DNA from: an uncultured Candidatus Binatia bacterium
Lineage (GTDB): Bacteria; Desulfobacterota; Binatia; Bin18
Reading direction: 5' to 3'
Assembly (NCBI GenBank): GCA_965200965.1
Contig: OZ241744.1
Coordinates: 1,184,001-1,248,000 of the forward strand
DNA: 64,000 nt
The notes beneath the pieces are model-generated. The model worked only from the letters and a program-made list of their open reading frames with translations, did not search any database and was not told the origin of the DNA. The first letter of the stretch is position 1. Each line of letters starts with the position of its first letter. Made by a program: the position numbers and the translations under genes. Below, piece after piece: positions 21,075-30,904 of this stretch.

Positions 21075-21959
21075 CTAGGCGGTGTGGGCCTTGAAGAAGG
21101 TACCGATCTGGTCAATCGCCTGCTGCCCTTCGGGCAGCATCGGGGCGAACATGTGCCAGACATGGGGCATTTTGTCCCACACCTTGAGGGTCACGTCCAC
21201 ATCGGCCTTGCGCGCCCGCTCGGCGAACCGGGTGGAATCGTCCAGCAGGGTCTCGGCGTCGCCGACCTGAAGCAACAGCGGCGGCAGGCCGGCCAGATTG
21301 GCGTGCAGCGGTGCGGCAAGCGGGTTCTTGGGGTCAGCCCCGCCCAGATACAGCTTGGCCATGCCCAGCAGCCCTTCTTTCTGGACAACCGGGTCGGCCG
21401 CGGCCCGGGTGGTCATTGACTCGCCGGTCCCCTCCATATCGACCCACGCAGAAATTCCAACGCCCGCCGCAGGCAGCGGCTTAGCAGCGTCGCGAATGGC
21501 TAGCAGGGTAGCCAAGGCCAGACCGCCACCGGCCGAATCACCGGCAATCGCAATGTTTGCAGGACGGATGCCTTGGTCAAGCAACCAGCCATAGGCTGCT
21601 ACGGCGTCATCAACCGGGGCCGGAAACGGATGCTCAGGAGCCAGACGATAGTTGAGCGACAGCACCCGCGCACCGGCCGCCCGCGACAGACGCCCGGTCA
21701 TATCGCGGTGGGAGCCGGCCGAGCCCATGACATAGCCGCCGCCGTGGACATACAGAATGACCTTGTTCTTGTCCACGCCGTCAGCGACATGCCATTCCGC
21801 CGACACCCCGCCGGCCTCAACCGGGCTGCACGACACGCCGCTGGGAATCGGCGTGTCGATCATAATCGCCCGCATGGCGCTGATATCCTTTGCCGCGCCC
21901 ATCTTCTCGCCCATCTCTTTGAACATGCCCAGGACCTGTTGCAGTTGTTCGCTGGCCAT
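21075..21959 (-). CDS. Alpha/beta hydrolase, HSL-type (family IV) esterase
   Basis: HGGGY, YRLAPEHPFPA, GDSAGG, MPHVW. Confidence 0.94.
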   Translation of the reverse strand: MASEQLQQVLGMFKEMGEKMGAAKDISAMRAIMIDTPIPSGVSCSPVEAGGVSAEWHVADGVDKNKVILYVHGGGYVMGSAGSHRDMTGRLSRAAGARVLSLNYRLAPEHPFPAPVDDAVAAYGWLLDQGIRPANIAIAGDSAGGGLALATLLAIRDAAKPLPAAGVGISAWVDMEGTGESMTTRAAADPVVQKEGLLGMAKLYLGGADPKNPLAAPLHANLAGLPPLLLQVGDAETLLDDSTRFAERARKADVDVTLKVWDKMPHVWHMFAPMLPEGQQAIDQIGTFFKAHTA

Positions 21960-22039
21960 ACTGAACCTCCTTTGTGGTATCGAAGTGTGTCTCTCAAGTA
22001 TTACTCAGACGCGCCCTTGTCAACTCGGAACACCCAGGC

Positions 22040-22284
22040 TCCGGCCTTCTTTCGTATCCTGCCCTGGATACTGGCCCTGCGATCTCGAGGCCTAGGCTCG
22101 GCCTGGACCACCCTCCATCTTGCCCACGAGCAAGAAGTCGCCCGGCTGCTCGGTATCCCCGATTCAGCGACCCAGGCCGTTCTGCTGCCAATCGCCTGCT
22201 ATACCAGCACGGATTTTAAGCCGGCGCGGCACCGCCCGGGCCGCGGATCTGACGTACTGGAACACCTGGGGCCAGACTCGCTGA
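22040..22284 (+). pseudogene. Nitroreductase C-terminal remnant
   Basis: LALRSRGLGSAWTTLHL..EQEVARLLGIP...LLPIA...DFKPA, then after a frameshift TYWNTWGQTR*. No N-terminus. Confidence 0.75.
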
Positions 22285-22306
22285 GGCCGAACGGCCCCGC
22301 GGTCTC

Positions 22307-23080
22307 TCAGGCCAGGGGCTCGGGCGCGTGTGGAATCTCCTTCCACTGGTCGGGATCATGGCCATAGATGATGCTTGCTCCCTCTTTGTCCCGCAGTGCG
22401 CGCAGCCGGCTGAGAGACTGGTACATCTCTGACTTATCCACCGCGACCGACGGCAGGAGGTCTTGATCCATATTGCCCCGGGTATAGCACGCATCCCCGG
22501 TCAGCACTATCTCTGTGCCCTTGCTGACCTTGACCCGCAGCGACTGATGGCCGGGGGTGTGGCCGTGGGTCGGAATGAGCACCAGGCTGCCATCGCCAAA
22601 AATATCGTGTTCGCCGTCCACCGCCTGGTAGTTGAGCGGATGGTCATAGTCCTGGGGGTCAAACAGAGCTTTGGCCCGCAACTCTGGGTCCTTGGCAGCG
22701 TCAAGTTCCTTTTTCTGGACCAGGAAGGTCGAGGTGGGAAAAAACTCGTTGCCGCCGGCATGGTCAAAGTGAAAGTGGGAGTTGACGATGTGGCTGATAT
22801 CGGCCGGGGTGAGCGCGAACTTGGACAGTTGGGTGACAATCTCCTCGCCCGGTTTCGTCCGCGACACAATCAGCCTGGACACCTCCGGGCCGAGTCGGCC
22901 AACCGGATCGTCCATCACCGTGCAGTGGACGCCGGTGTCAAACAGGACATTGCCCTGGGGATGGGTGAGCAGATAACACGGTACCGGCACGACGATCGGG
23001 ACGTCGGTTTCCTGGTCGGGGAAGAACAGCTTGCCGTCGAGTTCGAGAAACCCGCACGGCATGGAAAAGACTTGCAGCAT
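22307..23080 (-). CDS. N-acyl homoserine lactonase family (metallo-beta-lactamase fold)
   Basis: SHFHFDHAG (HxHxDH), GHTPGHQS, TGDACY, GHD; AAGGAGG RBS. Confidence 0.88.
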   Translation of the reverse strand: MLQVFSMPCGFLELDGKLFFPDQETDVPIVVPVPCYLLTHPQGNVLFDTGVHCTVMDDPVGRLGPEVSRLIVSRTKPGEEIVTQLSKFALTPADISHIVNSHFHFDHAGGNEFFPTSTFLVQKKELDAAKDPELRAKALFDPQDYDHPLNYQAVDGEHDIFGDGSLVLIPTHGHTPGHQSLRVKVSKGTEIVLTGDACYTRGNMDQDLLPSVAVDKSEMYQSLSRLRALRDKEGASIIYGHDPDQWKEIPHAPEPLA

Positions 23081-23205
23081 GGGGATACCCTCCTTGTCCC
23101 CCGTCATGGCACGAATCGCCGGCAAGGTCCAGGCACGCCAGCCCGTATTGAATTTGCGGAGTATCTGTCATAAGGTGGCTGACTTTCAGACTCACGAGGT
23201 GACCG

Positions 23206-24822
23206 ATGCGCTGTTGGAAGCACTGCTCCCGAGTGGCCGATTTTCTCCGCTGTTCAGCCCGGACAGGAACGCTGGGGCGGATACTGCGGTGCACCGTTGG
23301 CCTCCTGCTCGCCGCCCAACCCCTCTGGGCCAGCCAGCTCGGCGTGCCGGCCAGCAGTCCGAGCGACGGAGCGCTGGGCGGCAATACGGTCGCGCTGCCG
23401 ATGAACGCCAGCACGGCCCTGTTCAACAACCCGGCCCAGCTCAGCCTGCTGCCCCCGTCTTTCTCGAGCGGCCTGATGGCCCTGCGCTTTCACCCCAGCT
23501 ATACCAGCCCGCTGGGCTATGACAGCACCAGCCGAGAACTGCCGCTGGCCCCCAATTTTGGCTATGTGACAGACGCTTTTGGGCCGTTTCGGTTCGCCAT
23601 CGGTGCCTACGGCTCGCTGGGCTTCATGTTCAACCATCGGGCCGACCCGGCCCACGGCGTGCTGAATAACTTCTTTACCGAACTGGCCTCGGTTTCGCTG
23701 GCTCCGTCAATCGCCTACTCGGTGGGGCCGAACCTGCACCTTGGCGTGTCCCTCAACCCGACCTATGGCCGATTGAAATTCAAGACCCCCAGCCCGGCCG
23801 GCCGCCTGGACGTTGATGCCCGTGGACCCGGGGTCTTTGGCACGCTTGGCCTGCTCTACCAGCCGACCGAGAAACTGAACCTGGGCCTCACCTATAAGAC
23901 GCCGGGCAATATCTGGATGTTTGGCAACGCCCGCGTCGCCGGCAGGGGCGACGACAGCACAGTGTCGTTCAAAATCCCCCAGAATGTAAAGCTCGGCTTT
24001 GCCTATCGGCTGACCAACCGGGTAACGCTGACCGGCCAGGGGAGTTGGACCCAGTACTCGGTGTTTGAAGACAGCCGCCTGCGTTTCAGCAAGCGTTCGT
24101 TTCTGAACAGCCCCGCGGTCAGGGACGCCAAAGACCGCTGGCGGATCGGGGCCGGGGTGCAGGTCGAAATCATGCGTGGGGTCAAATTCCGGCTCGGCTT
24201 CTCGTATGAACCCTGGGCGATCAAGGACGCTGCCCTGACCCCGACCCTAGCCGATACGACCGATTATCTGTTTCCTATGGGCTTGGCGATTGAGCGGGGC
24301 GGCTGGCAGATTGATCTCGGCGGCGGCCCTTCGCATACCGAGCCACGCCGGGTGGACCAGAAGGAGAATCCGTTTTTTGCTGGCCGCTATTCGCTGGACG
24401 CGGTGGTCTTTGGTATTCAAGTGACCCGCCTCTTTGAGGGCCCGTCAATTATTCCAAGGACAGAGAGCCGACGGGCTGCCCCGGTGCGCTACGCCGGCGT
24501 CCCGGATAGCTACGCCACGATTTCTGAGGGCCGGGCCGAGACGGTGCTCGGCACGCTCATCGGCCGCCTGGCGGCAGACCAGTGTCACGACCTCAGCCCA
24601 CTCTATCGGGCGGTGCCGGGCTGTAGCTTCGGCATTGAGGTCGTCGGTTTTGTCGGCAGCCACCTGCCGCAATACGCGGCGCTCACTGACGGCCCGGTAC
24701 GCAACGGGCCCATCCCCCCTGCCGCCAGCGAGCCAATTCTCGACAGCCTGATCGAACGCCTGACCGCCAGGCAGTGCCGGGATCGGTCCACCGGTCAGCC
24801 GCCTCTTCCCGGCTGTGTGTAA
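23206..24822 (+). CDS. FadL/OmpP1-family outer-membrane transporter with a C-terminal extension
   Basis: Signal peptide ending PLWA, ALGG..VA...ASTALFNNPA hatch motif, amphipathic beta strands ending GIQVTRLF. Start uncertain. Confidence 0.85.
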   Translation: MRCWKHCSRVADFLRCSARTGTLGRILRCTVGLLLAAQPLWASQLGVPASSPSDGALGGNTVALPMNASTALFNNPAQLSLLPPSFSSGLMALRFHPSYTSPLGYDSTSRELPLAPNFGYVTDAFGPFRFAIGAYGSLGFMFNHRADPAHGVLNNFFTELASVSLAPSIAYSVGPNLHLGVSLNPTYGRLKFKTPSPAGRLDVDARGPGVFGTLGLLYQPTEKLNLGLTYKTPGNIWMFGNARVAGRGDDSTVSFKIPQNVKLGFAYRLTNRVTLTGQGSWTQYSVFEDSRLRFSKRSFLNSPAVRDAKDRWRIGAGVQVEIMRGVKFRLGFSYEPWAIKDAALTPTLADTTDYLFPMGLAIERGGWQIDLGGGPSHTEPRRVDQKENPFFAGRYSLDAVVFGIQVTRLFEGPSIIPRTESRRAAPVRYAGVPDSYATISEGRAETVLGTLIGRLAADQCHDLSPLYRAVPGCSFGIEVVGFVGSHLPQYAALTDGPVRNGPIPPAASEPILDSLIERLTARQCRDRSTGQPPLPGCV

Positions 24823-24854
24823 GCACCCCGTGTCTACACGCAGGGGGTTGGGGC

Positions 24855-25691
24855 TCAGGCTTCCTCAGCCGAGGGAGGGAGCTGCTTTTCATCGAATATC
24901 TGATTGATAGTCTCAGACAAGCTTGTCAGCCCCTCAACACTCCCTTCATAGCAGATTTCCGCGCAAGTCTTCGGTCCGTCTCTTTCGATGACCAGGCCTA
25001 AACGGACCTTTCCTTCTCCAGGTCTCTTGGAAAAATCGGCTAAATAGTTGGCCAATACACCAAGAGCCCGCGATAGGGCGTGAGGATTTTCAGACAAGAG
25101 AGCGGCAGAAACAAAGAGAGTTGGCCCAACCCACTCAGATGAGGCAGTGTGAATGCGTAGGAAATTTTGCCCTTCCCTTCCTATTACCGAAACCGGTATG
25201 TGATTCTCTACAAACAGTTTTTGCACAATAGAGTGTGCCCGAGATAGGTGTGCAAGTTTGTCCGTGGAGGTGCGGGTGTCAAATTGTTCGGGCAGGATGC
25301 CAATACCTTCGGGCCGGGAACAACCTAACTCTTTCAGTTTGCCTGAAACGTTGATATAATCGGAAACCTCTATACGAGAATCTCCAAGTTGCTCAAGGCG
25401 AAAGAGAATGGCGTCAACCGGGTCTGGCTCCGCAACGGGGTGTGCTCTGGCCTTGTAAGCCCCCACCAAGGTCGTGGGGGTTTCCAGTCTATCGAACGCC
25501 TCGCTGCCAAGTTCGGCATCCATCAGTGTCTCAATTCCAGCGACGGCAGCCGCATGATCGGCATCGGGTTCAACGAGTTTCGCCCCTCGCCAGAAAGTTT
25601 CGTCCAGCTCGGGGATATCGCTGAAGTCGATATCTTCGTCCTTCGTGGCCGCGATCTGTGCGGGCGTGAGAGGCTTAGCGTATCTGCTCAT
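24855..25691 (-). CDS. Chimeric ORF: BrnA N-terminus + HigA N-terminus + unrelated low-GC domain
   Basis: DEDIDFSDIPELDETFW (BrnA-like); AAVAGIETLMDA..GS.AFDRLE...LV.AY...HPV..PDPVDAILFRLEQLG (HigA-like); the rest is AT-rich. Confidence 0.7.
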   Translation of the reverse strand: MSRYAKPLTPAQIAATKDEDIDFSDIPELDETFWRGAKLVEPDADHAAAVAGIETLMDAELGSEAFDRLETPTTLVGAYKARAHPVAEPDPVDAILFRLEQLGDSRIEVSDYINVSGKLKELGCSRPEGIGILPEQFDTRTSTDKLAHLSRAHSIVQKLFVENHIPVSVIGREGQNFLRIHTASSEWVGPTLFVSAALLSENPHALSRALGVLANYLADFSKRPGEGKVRLGLVIERDGPKTCAEICYEGSVEGLTSLSETINQIFDEKQLPPSAEEA

Positions 25692-25950
25692 GGTAAGCCT
25701 GCTTTTCCCTGCAGGAGGCGGGACGGGCCGAAATCAGACGCGTACATCCCTCACGGTCGGTATGAACAACCACGATCAACGCCTCGTGTTCCATCTGTCC
25801 GATACTGATATGACGATCTTCGCCATAATTCTTGCGACGGTCAAGTTCTGTCAGAATCGGTCGGTCGAAAATGTGTTTCGCGGTCTCGAAGCTGACCCCG
25901 TGTTTTCGGATGTTCGCCTGATTCTTAGCTTCGTCCCATTCAAATTCCAT
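25675..25950 (-). CDS. brnT: BrnT family ribonuclease toxin
   Basis: MEFEWDEAKNQANIRKHGVSFE, YGEDR..SIG, RLISAR.A..RE. Confidence 0.93.
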   Translation of the reverse strand: MEFEWDEAKNQANIRKHGVSFETAKHIFDRPILTELDRRKNYGEDRHISIGQMEHEALIVVVHTDREGCTRLISARPASCREKQAYHEQIR

Positions 25951-26001
25951 AGGTGCGCATCTGTTTTCTACGATGACAAAAATGCAAAAAATGTCCAGCT
26001 C

Positions 26002-26017
26002 TGGCCGGATATTTGCT
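26002..26017 (+). promoter_or_regulatory. Putative sigma-54 promoter upstream of the EthD-GST operon
   Basis: TGGCCGGATATTTGCT with GG-N10-GC spacing, preceded by A-tracts. Confidence 0.35.
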
Positions 26018-26217
26018 GATGGAGCCCACTAAAGTCGCCTGAACAAAAGCGGCAATTGCAACGCCCCATCTTTCCTTCTCTTCGGACACTGCACTACTTC
26101 CTAATCAGGTCTGATAATGGATGCTTGAAGCACCCGGCATGGACGCCGCCGGTGCTTCCGACTATACTTGCTGGCGACAGACCGGGAGCCTGACCGTCAC
26201 ACAACAAGGAGAGCGCT

Positions 26218-26865
26218 ATGTTGAAGATACTCGCCACGGTAATCCGCCGCGCCACCGTCTCGCACGACGAACTGGTCAAGGTGTGGGAAACGGTCCACGC
26301 CCCGCATGTGGTCAGGATCGCCAAGCCGGAACGCTATCGGATCACCTTTTTCGATCAAGGCGAGGCCAACGATCATGGGCTGGACGGCATGGCCGAACTG
26401 TGGTTCCACGATATGCAGCACTACGACACGGCCATAGGCCGCAACGCACCGCCCGAAATCATGGACGACCGTTTCAGCGACTACGCCGATATCACCAAAG
26501 GGAGTTGGCTGACAGTGACCGAACACCTCAACGTCAATGGCCCGACCAGCCGGGCGACGACCAAGTTCAGCTTTTTTGTCAAGCGTCGGGCCGAGGTCGA
26601 GCGCGCCGCCCTGGACCAGTACTGGCTTGAGACCCATGTGCCCAAGGTTGCGGCCGCGGTACGGCGCACCCCAAACGCCAGGCGCTACACCGTCAACTTG
26701 GTCAATCCGGCCAAAGAGCGGGAGTATGACGGTATCGCTCAAATCTGGCTGGACGGCGACAGTCCGGGCGCGGTCAAGTTAGTCGATCTGGAGCCGGACA
26801 ACTTTACCGACTTGGTGCAAGCTCCAGTCATGGCCCGGGGCCACGAGATTCGGATTGTAGACTGA
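26218..26865 (+). CDS. Tandem EthD-domain protein
   Basis: Two W...H.P / DG.A..W repeats; AAGGAG RBS. Confidence 0.82.
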   Translation: MLKILATVIRRATVSHDELVKVWETVHAPHVVRIAKPERYRITFFDQGEANDHGLDGMAELWFHDMQHYDTAIGRNAPPEIMDDRFSDYADITKGSWLTVTEHLNVNGPTSRATTKFSFFVKRRAEVERAALDQYWLETHVPKVAAAVRRTPNARRYTVNLVNPAKEREYDGIAQIWLDGDSPGAVKLVDLEPDNFTDLVQAPVMARGHEIRIVD

Positions 26866-26888
26866 AATTCAGAAAGGAAGGTACCGGT

Positions 26889-27653
26889 ATGGAGTACAAA
26901 ACTGTTGCCGAAGCCAAAGACCTGCCCGGCCTGCGGTTGGCTCTGACCATCGGCGGTCCGGCCCCGTGGAGCCAGGCGGCCAAAAGCATCCTGGAGGTCA
27001 AAAACATTCCCTATGTCCCGGTTACCCAGCGCGGAGGCGAGGCTAACGCAGAACTGGTGGCCTGGACCGGACACCGCAACGCGCCGGTCGCCGTGTACAA
27101 CGACGAGCCGCCCCGGACCGGCTGGTACGAAATCCTGCTCCTGGCCGAGCGGCTCACCCCTACCCCGTCGCTCATTCCGTCCAAGGTCGAAGACCGGGCG
27201 CTGATGATCGGCCTGTCCAACGAGCTGTGCGGCGAGTTGGGTTTTACCTGGCAGGCGCGCCACATTATGTTCGATACCGTCTTGAAACTTCAGGGCGATG
27301 TCTTCAAGAAGTCGCCGATGTTTTCGGCCTACGGCTACTCGGCCGACAACGCGGCCTCGGCTCCCGCAAAAATCACACCCATCCTCCACGCCCTGTCGGC
27401 CCGGCTGCACACCCAAAAGGCGGCCGGCAGCCGCTATTTTGTCGGCACAGGGCTGACCGCGCTTGACCTGTACTGGGCCAATATGTCGCAGATCATTGAC
27501 CCCTACCCGCCCGACAAGAACCCCATGCCGGATTTTTTTCGGACCCTGTGGGCCCCGGTCCGGGCCGCGGTTGAGTCAGCGATTGATCCAATGCTCATTG
27601 AGCACCGGGACTTCATCTTTGATCAGCACCTCAGCCTGCCGCTCGACTTCTGA
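26889..27653 (+). CDS. Glutathione S-transferase-like protein (divergent)
   Basis: PAPWSQAAK..LEVK.IPY, RNAPVA, YFVG..LTALDLYWA. Confidence 0.75.
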   Translation: MEYKTVAEAKDLPGLRLALTIGGPAPWSQAAKSILEVKNIPYVPVTQRGGEANAELVAWTGHRNAPVAVYNDEPPRTGWYEILLLAERLTPTPSLIPSKVEDRALMIGLSNELCGELGFTWQARHIMFDTVLKLQGDVFKKSPMFSAYGYSADNAASAPAKITPILHALSARLHTQKAAGSRYFVGTGLTALDLYWANMSQIIDPYPPDKNPMPDFFRTLWAPVRAAVESAIDPMLIEHRDFIFDQHLSLPLDF

Positions 27654-27680
27654 CCCAGCCGGCTACAGAAAGGACACCGC

Positions 27681-28679
27681 ATGGCAGACCAGTATCGTAT
27701 CTTTGGGGCCGAACTCTCGCCCTACTCGGTCAAGGTTCGTTCGTACTGCCGCTATAAAAACATCTCCCACCAATGGATTATCCGCAGCGCGGCGGTACAG
27801 GACGAGTACAACACCTACGCCAAGCTCCCGCTCATTCCGCTGCTTGTCACCCCTCAGGGCACGGGCATTCAGGACTCAACTCTGATTATCGAACAGCTCG
27901 AAGCCCTCTACCCCCAGCCTGCCATCCACCCCGCCGACCCCGTTACCGGCTTTCTCTCGGCCCTGATTGAAGAGTTTGGCGACGAATGGGGCAATAAATG
28001 GATGTTTCACTACCGCTGGGCGCGTGAGGTCGATCAGCTCAGTTCGGCCGGCCGGATCGCCCGCATGATGCTGCCCACGGCAGACAACACCCAGCACGCC
28101 CAGATGGTTGCCCAGGTCCGAGACCGCATGGTCAAACGGGTCTGGTTTGTAGGCTCTAACGCGCAGACAGCACCCCAGATTGAGGAGTCCTTTTGCGAGG
28201 CGATTGAGCAACTCGAAGCCCATCTCAGCCGGCGTTCCTACCTGTTCGGGGGCCGGCCGTCGTTCGGCGACTTCGGCCTGTGGGGGCAGCTCTATAACGC
28301 CTGGACCGACCCGACCCCGGGCGCGTTCGTGGAAGGTCGCGCCCCGCACGTCCTGGCCTGGGTGCAGCGCATGCTGTGGCCGCGGGCCGAGGGCGACTTT
28401 GAGCCCTGGTCGAGCCTGGAGCCGACGCTGCTGCCGTTTCTGGAGCGGCAAGTCGGCACCCGCTTTCTGCCCTGGACCCTGGCCAATGCCCAGACGCTCG
28501 CTACCGGCCAGGAGGAGTTCAGCGTCGAACTGAACGGTCGCACCTGGACCCAGAAGCCCCAGAAATATCACGCCAAATCCTTCCAGGCGCTGCGTGACGA
28601 GTATGCCGCGGTGGCCGACACAAGCAGTCTGAACCCGATCCTGGAGCGGGCCGGTTGTCTGACCGGCCTGCAAGGCTGA
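27681..28679 (+). CDS. Glutathione S-transferase family protein
   Basis: SPYSVKVRSY, IPLL, DST, DEW..K..FHYRW, YLFGGRPSFGDF. Confidence 0.88.
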   Translation: MADQYRIFGAELSPYSVKVRSYCRYKNISHQWIIRSAAVQDEYNTYAKLPLIPLLVTPQGTGIQDSTLIIEQLEALYPQPAIHPADPVTGFLSALIEEFGDEWGNKWMFHYRWAREVDQLSSAGRIARMMLPTADNTQHAQMVAQVRDRMVKRVWFVGSNAQTAPQIEESFCEAIEQLEAHLSRRSYLFGGRPSFGDFGLWGQLYNAWTDPTPGAFVEGRAPHVLAWVQRMLWPRAEGDFEPWSSLEPTLLPFLERQVGTRFLPWTLANAQTLATGQEEFSVELNGRTWTQKPQKYHAKSFQALRDEYAAVADTSSLNPILERAGCLTGLQG

Positions 28680-28694
28680 GAGGAGAAGCCGGCC

Positions 28695-29387
28695 ATGATA
28701 GACCTCTACACTGCCCCCACCCCCAACGGTCATAAAGCCTCGGTCACGCTGGAAGAACTCGGCTTGGCCTACACTGTCCACCCTGTCAATCTGGGCGACA
28801 AGGAACAGAAGCAGGAGTGGTTCCTGCAACTGAACCCCAACGGTCGGATTCCGGTCATCGTCGATCACGCCACGGCCGGCGGGGCCGACATCACCGTCTT
28901 TGAGACCGGAGCGATCCTGATCTACCTGGCCGAAAAAACCGGCCGCTTACTGCCCACCCAGGCCAAGGCCCGGGCCGAGGTGATCGAGTGGCTCATGTTC
29001 CAGATGGGCGGCCTCGGTCCGATGATGGGCCAGGCCAATGTCTTCTTCCGCTATTTCCCGGACAAGATTCAGCCCGCCATTGACCGCTATCAACACGAGT
29101 GTCGGCGCTTATTCGAGGTCCTTGAGCGCCGCCTGGGTGAGAGCCAATGGCTGGGCCACGACTACTCAATTGCCGATATTGCCAACTGGTGCTGGGTGCG
29201 GACCTACAAATGGTCGGGCGTGTCCATCGACGGCCTGCCCAACCTCAGGCGCTGGCTGGACGCCATGAAAGCCCGGCCCGCCTGCCGCCGGGGCGTCGAG
29301 GTCCCGGTCAAAATCAAGAGCCTGCTCACAGACGACAAGGCCGCCGAGGCATTTACCGAGAATGCGCGCAAACAACTCCAAACCTGA
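28695..29387 (+). CDS. GST, YfcG-like (GSH-dependent disulfide oxidoreductase)
   Basis: [43 protein letters not shown]. Confidence 0.92.
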   Translation: MIDLYTAPTPNGHKASVTLEELGLAYTVHPVNLGDKEQKQEWFLQLNPNGRIPVIVDHATAGGADITVFETGAILIYLAEKTGRLLPTQAKARAEVIEWLMFQMGGLGPMMGQANVFFRYFPDKIQPAIDRYQHECRRLFEVLERRLGESQWLGHDYSIADIANWCWVRTYKWSGVSIDGLPNLRRWLDAMKARPACRRGVEVPVKIKSLLTDDKAAEAFTENARKQLQT

Positions 29388-29401
29388 GCGGAGGACAACC
29401 C

Positions 29402-30367
29402 ATGCCGGACAAACCCATCGAACATAGCGAAATCCTCAAGGACGCGCCCAGAAACTGGGGTCGCTGGGGGGCGGACGACGAGGTCGGCTGTCTCAATTTT
29501 CTGACCGACCGGGAGGTCTTACGCGGTATCCGGGCGGTTAAACAGGGCAAAACCTTCATGCTCGGCGTCCCGGTCGCCCGACCCCAGGGCGACCCCCTGC
29601 ACCCGATTCGCGCCCAGCCAATCCGCACCCAGACCAACGACGAAGGCTCGTATATCAGCGGCCGGGCACAGCCCTTCCCCGGCGGGCTCAAGTATTCGGA
29701 CGACGTGATTGTGATGTTTCCCCAGGGCACGACCCAATACGACGCCCTCGGCCACGCCTGGTATGGAGACAAAATCTATAACGGCTACGACCCCAAAACC
29801 ACGATCGGCGCGCTCCAAAAGTGCTCAATCGAGCCGATTGCCAACCGGGGCGTGATCGGTCATGGCATCCTGATTGACGCCGCCCGCTACAAGGGCAAAA
29901 AGCACCTGGAGCGGGGCGAAGGGGTGAGCCTCGACGACCTGCTGGGAGCGGCCGACACACAGGGCGTGCGGATTGAAAAGCACGACATCATCGTCCTGCA
30001 CACCGGCTGGCTCAATCGCTTCTACGAGGAGGGCCAGGACGCCTTTTTCCCCGACGGCGAGTTTGACGAGCCCGGTCTTGCATACAGCAAGGAACTGGTT
30101 GAGTGGTTTCACGACATGGAGATCGCCTCCATCAGCGCCGACACGGTCGGCTGCGAGCAGGCCACTAACCCCGAGACCGGCGGGCTGGGCCTGCTGCACG
30201 CCGCCCTGCTGTGCAATCTGGGCGTGATCTTCAACGAAATCGTCTGGCTCAAAGACCTGGCCGACCACTGTGAGCAGGACAAGCAGTACACTTTTCTCTT
30301 TGCCGGCGCACCGCTCAAGCTGGTCGGCGGCTGCGGCTCACCGGTCAATCCGATTGCGATCAAGTAG
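29402..30367 (+). CDS. Cyclase family protein (kynurenine formamidase-like)
   Basis: NWGRWG.DDEVG.LN, TQYDALGH, LHTGW, PLKL.GG.GSPVNPIA. Start at MPDKP after GGAGG. Confidence 0.9.
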   Translation: MPDKPIEHSEILKDAPRNWGRWGADDEVGCLNFLTDREVLRGIRAVKQGKTFMLGVPVARPQGDPLHPIRAQPIRTQTNDEGSYISGRAQPFPGGLKYSDDVIVMFPQGTTQYDALGHAWYGDKIYNGYDPKTTIGALQKCSIEPIANRGVIGHGILIDAARYKGKKHLERGEGVSLDDLLGAADTQGVRIEKHDIIVLHTGWLNRFYEEGQDAFFPDGEFDEPGLAYSKELVEWFHDMEIASISADTVGCEQATNPETGGLGLLHAALLCNLGVIFNEIVWLKDLADHCEQDKQYTFLFAGAPLKLVGGCGSPVNPIAIK

Positions 30368-30407
30368 CGCCGTCGCCCGACATTCTCCCCGAAGGGAGCG
30401 CCAAGCC

Positions 30408-30456
30408 CTTCCTGCTCCCTCTCCCCTGGCGGGAGAGGACGGGGGTGAGGGGGATT
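30408..30456. repeat. REP-like palindromic element (CCCTCTCCC...GGGAGAGG...GGGTGAGGG type)
   Basis: ccctctcccctggcgggagaggacgggggtgaggggg; single copy in the window. Confidence 0.6.
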
Positions 30457-30553
30457 CGCCGAAACGCGGGTATGGGTTTGAGCAGCAATAGAGAACAACA
30501 TTCAAGGAAAAACACAGGCATCAATCCATCCGCTAGAGGAGAGCGAGACCAGC

Positions 30554-30775
30554 ATGGAACACTTCATCTTTCCAGAACGGGAACTTCCTCACGATATTCG
30601 GCGGGAGATTGAAAAAACCGTCGCAATTTTATTGCGCCCCGGAGCCTCGAAAATCATCCTGTATGGAGCGTTGGCGCACGGCGATTATCAGACGGTTTCT
30701 GATATTGATATCTGTGTCGAGGGAATCCCTCCAGCGTAATACTTCCGCGTCCTGGCAAAATGTTTGATGAAAGCC
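30554..30775 (+). pseudogene. Minimal nucleotidyltransferase (MNT) remnant
   Basis: IILYGALAHGDY...SDIDICVEG, in-frame TAA at 30737, continuing YFRVLAKCLMK and then truncated. Confidence 0.75.
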
Positions 30776-30790
30776 TCGCGCGGCTCGGGG

Positions 30791-30904
30791 GCCGTCCTGG
30801 TCGCTCTTGAAGGGCGGGTCGAGGTAGATGAGATCGACGGTCTCGTCAGCGATGTAGCGATGGAGGACTTCGAGGTTATCGCCGTAGTAGAGCTGGTTGG
30901 TCAT
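30791..30904 (-). pseudogene. N-terminal remnant of a beta-class DNA methyltransferase
   Basis: MTNQLYYGDNLEVL...ETVDLIYLDPPFKS, then the similarity stops. Confidence 0.8.

Noticed and set aside
30737-30739. In-frame stop in the MNT gene as recoding
   Set aside because: The codon is TAA and the gene is also truncated, so pseudogene is more likely.
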